Made by a program: the position numbers and the translations under genes. Below the pieces are notes generated by a model, which saw only the letters and a list, made by a program, of their open reading frames with translations, did not search any database and was not told where the DNA came from. Of a stretch of 64,000 nucleotides of DNA, positions 53,601-64,000 are shown in pieces. The stretch's first letter is position 1. Each line of letters starts with the position of its first letter. The stretch spans positions 71,845 through 135,844 of the forward strand of contig NMRA01000810.1 of the NCBI GenBank assembly GCA_002633005.1. Direction: 5' to 3'. This DNA comes from Phoronis australis. Lineage: Eukaryota > Animalia > Phoronida.

Positions 53601-54286
53601 TTATTTTATGTGTACTTGAATATTTTTTCCTTTTTAGGTTCCACTATACCGTACGCGGTTCTTTTATTGAATAAGAGGAAATATTGCGAAACGAAATCAA
53701 TAAACTTAAAATACCGTCCCTCCGCAGTACGACAGCCGTCATCACAAGATAGGCTTACATGCTAAGTGAAATTCTAACATCCGGTTATTATTTTTAATCG
53801 ACCTCGAAGTCATGTCAAACACGATTTTGTCTAGCAACCGCGAAACAGTCAAACCAGTATATCTTGTGCAACCAATGGTTACTGCAGTCATAAAATATGA
53901 GACTACAAAAAGAAATACTCGTAACAATACTCGTAAACGCTACCTCTTACGTTAGATGAATTTCAATGTAGGCAGAGTCCCTTAAGTCACAGAACAATCT
54001 TCTACAAAATCATGAAACTTCAAATCATGGCAGTGTTACAAGTTTATTAAAATAAACAACTTAAACATTTGTCACCGGTTGGAACTAACTACCACCAAAC
54101 ATCTAACTAATAGTTCATGATTCATTCTATCTATATACATGTATAACAATACAAGGATAACGTTTAAACATACAGATCAAAGTGCGCAGACGTAATACAT
54201 TCTAATTACAAAATATCACTGTGCATATGATACATATTATATCTACACATCGCGCAGAAACTCGCGTTGTTCAGTACTACATAACG

Positions 54287-56247
54287 TTATTCCTCCAAGT
54301 ACTGAAATGTCTTCACCACACCTGTACCACGCTCCACTACAGACACCTGACCCGGGGCCGGGAGACATAAACCAGTTGGATACTGGACACCACCAGGGGG
54401 CACGATCACGTGTGCACGTGCGTTGTTGTATAAAATCACCTGATCATTGAAATAGTCTGCCACCAGAATGTGACCGTGTGGGTCTACACACACACCGCGC
54501 GGGTAGTTACTCAGTTGATGGGTCAGTGTGGATACAACGGCCGGCCGTGTCGGGTCTATTACATGGACACGACCGGGGTTAAACTCACTGACCACCAACT
54601 GACCACAGTTGTTCATACACACGTATCGTGGTGTGAACTTACTCAGCCCCAGGGTGGGGCCGTCCAACTGTTGGTGAATATCACAGTTAAGATCCGTTAT
54701 AAGTACCCGTCCCCCGTCTCTATCACACACAACCAGTCTGTCACCGTGACATGTCACATAGCCCTCACCTTTATACACATCACGCCACACCTTCACCACC
54801 TCACCACGGCCATCATACCTGACAACACCCTTAATGCCGTTGTCGGTGATGAAGATGTGACCATCTTTGTGACATGTCACGTCGTACGGCTCCTGCAGTT
54901 TGTGACGAGTTTGTTGTAACTTCAACTTTAGTTTAAAGTCGTGTTTGTCAAACACTTTCACAGTTTTGTTGCGCACGTCTGTTACAACAAACCCCCCATC
55001 ACAAACTGCCAGTCCACAACACCCAGACTCCCTCACCCCCTCACCGCGGCTGGTAAAACTACCAACACTACCCGCAGGCTCTTTAACAGTCAGTGGTGGA
55101 GTGACAGGCTGAACGGGTGATTTGGATGAAAGATGAAGTTGTGACACTTTTGTGTNNNNNNNNNNNNNNNNNNNNNNNNNNNNNNNNNNNNNNNNNNNNN
55201 NNNNNNNNNNNNNNNNNNNNNNNNNNNNNNNNNNNNNNNNNNNNNNNNNNNNNNNNNNNNNNNNNNNNNNNNNNNNNNNNNNNNNNNNNNNNNNNNNNNN
55301 NNNNNNNNNNNNNNNNNNNNNNNNNNNNNNNNNNNNNNNNNNNNNNNNNNNNNNNNNNNNNNNNNNNNNNNNNNNNNNNNNNNNNNNNNNNNNNNNNNNN
55401 NNNNNNNNNNNNNNNNNNNNNNNNNNNNNNNNNNNNNNNNNNNNNNNNNNNNNNNNNNNNNNNNNNNNNNNNNNNNNNNNNNNNNNNNNNNNNNNNNNNN
55501 NNNNNNNNNNNNNNNNNNNNNNNNNNNNNNNNNNNNNNNNNNNNNNNNNNNNNNNNNNNNNNNNNNNNNNNNNNNNNNNNNNNNNNNNNNNNNNNNNNNN
55601 NNNNNNNNNNNNNNNNNNNNNNNNNNNNNNNNNNNNNNNNNNNNNNNNNNNNNNNNNNNNNNNNNNNNNNNNNNNNNNNNNNNNNNNNNNNNNNNNNNNN
55701 NNNNNNNNNNNNNNNNNNNNNNNNNNNNNNNNNNNNNNNNNNNNNNNNNNNNNNNNNNNNNNNNNNNNNNNNNNNNNNNNNNNNNNNNNNNNNNNNNNNN
55801 NNNNNNNNNNNNNNNNNNNNNNNNNNNNNNNNNNNNNNNNNNNNNNNNNNNNNNNNNNNNNNNNNNNNNNNNNNNNNNNNNNNNNNNNNNNNNNNNNNNN
55901 NNNNNNNNNNNNNNNNNNNNNNNNNNNNNNNNNNNNNNNNNNNNNNNNNTGCAATGACATACATAACAGAAGACATTGGTCGTTTTAGGAACACAGTCGT
56001 TCAGGTGATTGATGAAATGATTGAAGGCAAAGCCAGCAGCGCCATCTTTTGGGATGTCGAAAAGTCGATTGCACCGTGGACATGAAAACTTGCCGCCTTT
56101 GCCTCGTTTGTCAATAAATGTTTGTAAGCATTCATGACAGAACGTGTGAATACACGGCAGTTGGCGGGGTGTTTTCGGTCTTTCTAAACAGATGGGGCAT
56201 TCTAACAGCCTTCGAATGTCGTCTGCGTCCTTGGAGCTGATAGCCAT
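54287..56247 (-). CDS. TRIM-NHL protein (RING finger, B-box start, gap, NHL beta-propeller)
   Basis: C3HC4 RING LECPICLE...LPCIHTFCHECL...CPRC; B-box start FCYVCHC; after gap 55156-55949, NHL repeats (PYDVT...IFITDNG; PRGVCVDPHGHILVADYFND; PTGL) and stop at 54287. A splice acceptor ~18 nt upstream of the ATG implies a 5' UTR intron. Confidence 0.9.
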
Positions 56248-56344
56248 ATTCTATTGGTCAGTGACCTGAAATGTAGAATTAGTGTTAATGTTTCACAAAG
56301 CAATCGACAGAATCTACCGTAATACTGCTGAAGCTACGTTTACA

Positions 56345-57929
56345 GCATTTTTTCACTCAGGGTGCAAATCTAGATTTGTTTATGTTATGCAATCGTGTTG
56401 ACAGAATTCCTTCACCTCTGGTAGATATTTGTATGATGAGCTTGTTTTAGCACTGATACTTATGACATTTACGCATTTTAAAGTACAAAAAAGGTTAATT
56501 ATGGCCAGAGTAATCCTTGATGTTGTTGAAAATAGCCAGAAATCCATCATTATTTTGTTTCACTGAAACATTCCTTGTTTTTAATACACATGGCATTTAA
56601 TTAAATCACACATTTAATTGAAATTTAATGTTTTTTCATGATATTAACGTGTATTTCTTGTTTTTCTTCAGGTGATTGCATGTATCTGAAATGTCAAACA
56701 CAATTTTCAGGCACAATGGCAAAATGATATCAATGTTATGCAAAGAAACACTAAATTTGCATGTGCTCTTTCTCTTACATTCATGGCTGGAAAAGAAAAG
56801 CATTACTTGTGTTTTGAACTGAGTTTTTTAATAGTTGATGGTATATAGAATTTGATTTAGAAACCACATAATTATACCAGATGTCCTGGTGATTGGATTC
56901 CTCAACCAAATAATATCACGGTCACCTAAAAAAATATATTCTCCGTAGACCTGTTTGAATTCCATCAAATTCTTCCATAAATAAAAGATATTTGATACTG
57001 CACATTGGGAATCTTGAAGCTATTTTTGGCCCACAAAAATATTAGACCAATTCCTGGATTTGAATTTATCATAAGCAAAAATGTCTATTGTATTCTCGGT
57101 AGCCCCTGTATACGCTGTAGCTCCCAACTTTGAATTGTTAGCACATGGTTTGAAAAAACTTGTATCTAGGAGCATTTACTGAGGAAATGGAGCCAAATAA
57201 ATTCTCCAACACCAGAAAATATACAACTTTTTTATTTATGGGTGGGATTTGAGGCAAGTTTAGCTAAAATCACTTTTCCCCTTTAAACTCACTATTGGTA
57301 AAACATGAATATTCTTTGGTCATTCAGAAGTGTTGGTATTAACAAGTAAATGAATTCTATTGCATTTGCTCAAGTATTCATCCACTACATATTTTGTATT
57401 CTCCGTAGCCGCATTTATGACACCTGTGCTAAGTGACACATATGCATACAATATTTACTGATGATGAAACGTTTTCCTGTATTTCTTTGATGGTAGTTAA
57501 TGGAGTTAGACATTCCTTTTGACAGTGATGTGACTCTGATGACAGTTAAGTGCTAAGTATGTCTAAGTACAATTGCTATGTTTTATTTGTATACTCACAC
57601 CTTGTGAAGCATACACAGGTGTGAACCTATCTTTTAACTACATGAATTAACAATATTAAACTTTCTAGTTCCTAAGTCAGATTTAAGTCTTTTTTCCAAA
57701 ATGGATGTGACAATACCAATGATGTATATAATATTCTCCGTAGCCCACATTTTTCTTTGTTATTTCAACAGGCCAAATCTCAAAAACTAAATGAGGATAC
57801 TTCACAAAAATTTAACCTGATATTCCATGTGTCATGTTGATTCCAATAACCGAAGTCTCAAAGCTGAAATGAAAACTTCATAAAATGCCATTTCTGAAAC
57901 AGAAGTGTGCACCCTGAGTGAAAAAATGC
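56345..57929. mobile_element. Non-autonomous TIR element upstream of the TRIM-NHL start codon
   Basis: Perfect 22-bp TIR GCATTTTTTCACTCAGGGTGCA; internal repeated motif TATTCTCCGTAGCC. Confidence 0.75.
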
Positions 57930-60900
57930 AGATTAGCACTTTTTAATTTTCACGCCTACAATTTTTTAGTTGACAAATTAAGGGCCTTCGATCGTCAAGC
58001 AGTCTCCATAAATCTAACGGCACATCTAGTTAAAAAGTCCCTACCTCAAAGCCACACCCTTTCAAAATGTACCCCTTCAAACCATAACATTAAAAAAACC
58101 GGACCCTAATAAAGCTGGTATTGTTAGTTGTGCTAGGGCATGCCGTCACTAAGACATATTGTTCGAATGATAAGTATCTGCTTTGACAACGCAAACAAAA
58201 CACTTTTTCATATCGAAACCGATACCAGGAAATGGTGAGTCACCAGTCTAAGGTCAGGCGCTTGTTCGTGATCTCTATTAGATACATGTATGTCTACATG
58301 AAGGATATGCGGTCTTGATGGATAGAATAAGAAAACGGCAACTGAGTGAAATGAACATCAGAAAACGTGTAGTTTCATTTTGTAAACCATGAACTGCCCA
58401 AGTTGGACAGCCGGCTCGCCGGGTTAGCATTTAATTCAGGCCTAAGTTTCAGTTGTTCTACACAAGGAATAAATGTGCTCAAATCAATCGTGCCAGAAAT
58501 CATAAGATTTGGACAATATTTAACATATGCAATATAATGAGGTGACAGTGAAGTGACCCAGCATGGCTGCGGCAAGCACTTAAGTAGCACAGCACGTATT
58601 CAAGCGTACGCGGCTATCAACCGCAAGCGCGATCGATATGTTGCCGTCATCGACATTGCTAGCATCATAGACAATTCTAAAATTAATGGTTGAACAGAGC
58701 ACTGCTTTAAATGCTGAATCAGTTTGAGCCACTGAATCAAGGTCAGTATTTACTGCATTCAAAAAGTCAAAGCAGGAGTCCTCGATTGTCAACTCATGCA
58801 AACAGAACACCAGGGTTGAGAAAACGGAGTACTTCGAAAAAGAGCGGCCGAACGCGTGATTGAAATGCCAGTCGGAGCGAGCGAGATAGACCTCACGGCA
58901 TTTCTTGTGTTCGAACTGGCATTTGCTGGGGTTACGAGGAGTACCGCAGAGTACTTTTCCTTCCAAAAATGAAATGTTTTTATGTTGAGGCGGGACAGCA
59001 AGACAAACCCGCCAAATCGCAGGCCTATGCGTCCAATTGTTTAACCAAATAGGTAGCCTTAAACAGTTTTTGACGCCGCTATTTAGTTTTGAATTGAGTT
59101 AAGAAGTTGGCAATAAAACGTTTTACAAAATGGCAGCTACAAACCTTAGGATGAAAAAACTCCACCCAGCAGTCCGACAGGTTTGAAAGATACGTCCATA
59201 CGTTGTGGTGTCATGTGAGAATGTGGCGGGATTTATCGTCTGAAAAAAACACCCCGTGCAGCTCTTCAAGTACCCAATCAACAAAGGCTTTCATGTCACG
59301 TGCTATATATTTTCTATATATAACTCACTTGTCATGTTGCTATTTTTGAAGGACTACTACGTAACATTTGGTGAAAATGGCTATGTAAATGTCAGCGGGG
59401 ATATTAAAATTTCCCGCGTTTTCAAAGAATAATCACAAGACAAAGGAATCATGTGCACAGATGGCGCTATCTTATTGCCACACCTGGGTAGAATCGGTTC
59501 AGTCAACGCTAGGACCTCGATAACATCATGCACGCGCTCAGCCTTTAGCTTGGGGGGGGGGGCTCGAATTTCTGACCAAGTGGACCTTCTGCTAACAAAA
59601 AAGCCGGATAACTAAAAAAACGGGGTACCATTTTCAGTACTGTGAACTGTGCGTCTGCGCCTTTTTAGTGGACTTTCGTCTCGTTTNGCGCATGAACATT
59701 CAAGACTTCGTGAGATTTACATGAGATATTGTTCTGTATTTTTGAACACGTGATTTTCGATATATTTTAGCGAACTAAGTTAAGCGTTAAGGAACTCCAG
59801 GTGTCAGGGAGTAACACGGGTCGAAAACAGGCCTTCCAAAAACGGCATGTAACCGGTTTCTTTTGTCCTAAGCAAACGAACAAGGTCGGGGCCCTGTCCC
59901 CTAAATAAACCTACTCCTCAGGTGTTCATCATACACAAAAGAGTATTACATACCAATCACATTAATTAAAGGGCAAATTCAGGTCGTTGGTCATCCCGCC
60001 GATAGATTTTCTTTAGTGAGGTATAACTACGAGGTGGAGAGGCATGAAATACAATTCACCCACAGGGCCTCAAATCTCTGAGTCACTTTAGGATCCCGTT
60101 AATACCTTTTACCGATTCGAATTTTTGGAAGTGGCATGATATCTTTCACGCGTTTCTAGTGATAACACTAACCTGTAGGTACATGTATGTATATGCACAT
60201 GCACCTGCACATACACACATATACATACAATTACTGTACTTGGGTAGCACGCTTCCGTTATGCAAAATTGGTTAAATACACGAGACTTTATCTTAACAGG
60301 AAAGCCACGTAAACAAGCGAACCTGTTTGCTGTTCAGTCAAAATAGGCTTCTCGAAAGAATTCAAAATGGACTCCAGTGCTTTCAATCGGAGCACATCGT
60401 GTTCTACACATCAAATTGGCATGTTTTTCATAATTCCTTGACATGTGATTTTACGTTCATGACAATGCGCAAAAGGTTCCTGGATGACACAATTTTGAAG
60501 ATGCATAAGTAACCGTTTGAGAAATGTAACATTGATTGACATTTGAACGAAGGTATTCGTTCATAGGGCTTACAAACTCATAAACATCACTAGGACGTCC
60601 TATTCCGATAATAAATAATGACATCGAGATAATCATCGTACTTGAAATTTTAACAATGTCCCTGATGGTGTTTTAATGGCGTGTTCGTTCTGGAGTTAAT
60701 TATTGGGCATAATATTTTTGTGAAATACCTTTTTGGTCACACCGATGCGACGGCAGATGATTCACAATTAATTTTGGACATGAATCGACAAATATGGCGG
60801 TCTACAGAAGCAGGTCTACACCAGGGCTTGTTTTATACGTTCAGTAGGATTACATTATATTAATCACTTTATTTAAAGGTCAAAAAGCCTTGACATATGT

Positions 60901-63900
60901 AGCATGTGACAACTGACGTGCAAGTGTCCCAAGTCCGGTTGATATCAGGTGACATATCCCTACACCCCTGGATTTATCACTTTAGTTATTTGCATGTATG
61001 AAATACAAATTTTGGTCAATTTTAAAACGGTATACTTCAAGCACAATTACTATGTGAGATTCTTCTCAGAAAGCATCATGTATTTGGCAACTAAGGGAGT
61101 TTGATTGTCCAAGCACAAAAGGTCAATAAATTTGTTATCCGACTAAACTCATACCCTGTTCACATGCTGTCTAAAACGCTATCGTTTTCTTTAGCACTCA
61201 TCTTCCGCTAGCAGCGAAAAACGCCAATAATGTGAACTTTTGCAAGGATCACTTGCTTTGCTGCATTTTTGAGCTATGCCGCAACTACAAAGATTTCCCT
61301 TGCAATTTTGTAGACAGTCCACAGGCAAAACGTGCCGCGCATGTCACAGTTTTGACTATTTTTTCAAGCTGTTAAGTTTGCCGAGGTAAACCGACACCTC
61401 AGCCGAGACCTAGACAGCAGCACCACTATCAACAGCAGAGAAGAGGACAATCCCGAGAGCACATCATCTACAGAGGAAATCGCCGTCGAAATCCCAGCGG
61501 CAATCACGAAGGAAGACACACGAATGTACACAGAATTGACGAGGGTGACATGGCAACAAATATGATGGAACAATGTAGTATTACGGACGTGTTCGGTATA
61601 AATTCAAATATATCTTCACCAATGCTTGCAGTGATGCAATGTCTCTAATACCGTCACCCGGGGACCCTATAGCAATGCACACTATTTGGATATCGGACGA
61701 CATGGCGTAACAGTTTGGTGGCCCACCGCTGCCAAGCTAAATTTAATTTAATTGCTAAGAAAAAACTATATGTTTCAAACGTAAATTAGTTTCAAAGTAA
61801 AACATGTTCAAAAACAAAATCCGATAGAAAATAATTTTGAAAATGTTTCGGTCAACAAATTTGAAAGCAAAACGTGTTTAAATAGGAATTTTGATATAAA
61901 GCAAATTTCAAAATATTTTGAAAGTAAACAAATTTAAAAACGAAAAAAAAAAGTTGAAAGTAAAACGAGATTAAAACGAAAAACGATATCAAGCAATTTC
62001 AAAAACATTTTGGAAGCAAAAGAGTTTAAAAAATATATCTTTTTAATTTGAAAACCAAACTAAAATCACTATATAGCAAATATAATACATCGATGGTTTG
62101 CAAGTAGTCAGTGAGTGAATTGCCCTGAAAACAAAACCAACGTTAGTGTTGCGTGAGGGGATTAGTCACCTAAAAACAGAAATTAAGCAGTTGTAAAAAT
62201 ACATGAAGAGCTTACTCGCCGTTATCAAAAAAGTCATGAGAAAATTNNNNNNNNNNNNNNNNNNNNNNNNNNNNNNNNNNNNNNNNNNNNNNNNNNNNNN
62301 NNNNNNNNNNNNNNNNNNNNNNNNNNNNNNNNNNNNNNNNNNNNNNNNNNNNNNNNNNNAGTTTAAAAAATATATCTTTTTAATTTGAAAACCAAACTAA
62401 AATCACTATATAGCAAATATAATACATCGATGGTTTGCAAGTAGTCAGTGAGTGAATTGCCCTGAAAACAAAACCAACGTTAGTGTTGCGTGAGGGGATT
62501 AGTCACCTAAAAACAGAAATTAAGCAGTTGTAAAAATACATGAAGAGCTTACTCGCCGTTATCAAAAAAGTCATGAGAAAATTAAGATAGGTTTTGGAAT
62601 TGTCAGTAATGACAAAAATTTCCGTAACTGATTCCTACCCGGAAATGAGTGTACAGACGCAATTGCCATTGCCCGCTTATATTGGCTGGACATGGCTCTT
62701 CTCCTTATTTTACTTGCCCTAACTTCAACACAATGCGCTCATACACAGAAAAATACAGGGACACGCCACGTGACCAGTGAAACAGTGAACTGGTGAACAT
62801 ATAGTTGCGAACCTAAATGTACCATTTGGCTGTTTGCATTCCACACAGTTACGAGTTAGTTTACAGTTGTGAACCAAGTGAAATTAACGGTTTATTCTTG
62901 CCATAAAAATTGCACGGACGTTTTGACTTTTCGAGTTTATTAGGATGTTGCGTGCCAGTATAAAAAATATTTCGTGCTTCTGGGTTGCTGTGATAATCTG
63001 CATTTTATTTAAGTAGTCTCAGTGTGCTCTCTGTTAAACACACATTCTTCGCTAATTCGCGTCCGCCCTTTTATTTCTCCTGCGGGTAGTTAAAATTCAA
63101 CTTTACTTCTTTTGCTAACTTTCAGCAGCACATCAAAAAAAATCATAATTTTGTTTCAGAATTTTCTGGAAATAAACAAGCAAGTCTGAGTTTTGTACGT
63201 TTATATTTATGTACATAACAAGTCTCAATGTGTTGTGACATTAATGATTTTTGAGGAAGAGCTAGTGTTCAGTAACGAACAACCCCAGAGTGGGGGCACT
63301 CAATTTGAACGAACATGCTTATTTCAAACACATAAGCGCGAGACATTTCTGTGAAACAAAACTGTTTCGGGCGACCAATCTTGTTAGTGTAAGGTGTCGA
63401 TTTATGTACGACAGGTCAATATCTGTTTTAAAGGTTACGCAAAACCAAGATATAATCCGTTAAGTGTGTGTTTCATTAATTGTAGGTTCCATGCATGCAT
63501 AGTCTTATCTATTTTGTGATTTAGTGCAAGGTCCACTCTCTATGTGACATCATCGTACCGATGGAATACAGACATGTACATCTTAACTTCTCCGTTTTAT
63601 GGCTCTAACACAGTTTAGGGTAAAACAAAACCTCGGCTACCTGGGCTTGCTAAAAATCTCCCCAAAATACAAAGACGTGTCAATATTATCCGGATAGCCT
63701 TGCAGACATATCTGCTAGTATGTTGCGAAATCCATTTGCGGAGAGACGAAAACAGAGGCGTGCGATTGTAAATCACTAAACTTTGTCTATATGTTTGTTT
63801 CGGTCATCCGTGATACGTTGGCCTCTCAGGTATATCGCATTTCGCAGAAAGGTGAATAATGCTGTTGAGTGAGTTGTGTTTACAGGAGAATAAAGTCTAT

Positions 63901-64000
63901 ACAAACGTTCGACAATGATCAGTAATAATTTCTCTATATTAAGAAAGGCCTCCCACACCCTGTTTACTATTATCTAGCTGCATAAATCCGTACAGAGACA

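Noticed and set aside
54470-54919. 149-aa plus-strand ORF
   Set aside because: Antisense shadow of the NHL coding region.
58580-58966. 128-aa minus-strand ORF upstream of TRIM-NHL
   Set aside because: Non-ATG start and no recognisable motif; cannot be supported without homology or expression data.
61369-61564. Purine-rich plus-strand open frame (S/T/E-rich)
   Set aside because: Weak splice signals and no recognisable domain.
62022-62584. ~225-bp identical direct repeat flanking a gap, resembling LTRs
   Set aside because: Identical copies abut the gap and lack LTR hallmarks; scaffolding overlap.

Overview
AT-rich, intron- and repeat-rich eukaryotic DNA from a gapped draft assembly, most likely a marine invertebrate (inference; species cannot be determined). 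N-gaps lie at 24743-25234, 42331-43093, 55156-55949 and 62247-62359, with single Ns at 8303, 27933, 41597 and ~59687. Most listed ORFs are spurious. Manual splicing on the minus strand recovers a secreted protein with signal peptide + PAN/apple domain + tandem CTHRC1 C-terminal-like domains and no collagen repeat. Gene A has exons at 12316-893 and runs off the window start; gene B has four 3' exons at 34445-27519, one with an in-frame stop. Each domain is built from the same 3-exon module (intron phases 1-0-1-1). A ~3.8 kb duplication repeats the end of gene A exon 1 plus exons 2-3 and may be an uncollapsed haplotype. The window also holds a RING/B-box...NHL (TRIM-NHL) gene at 56247-54287, THAP-domain remnants, many non-autonomous TIR DNA transposons/MITEs and a ~155-bp satellite.
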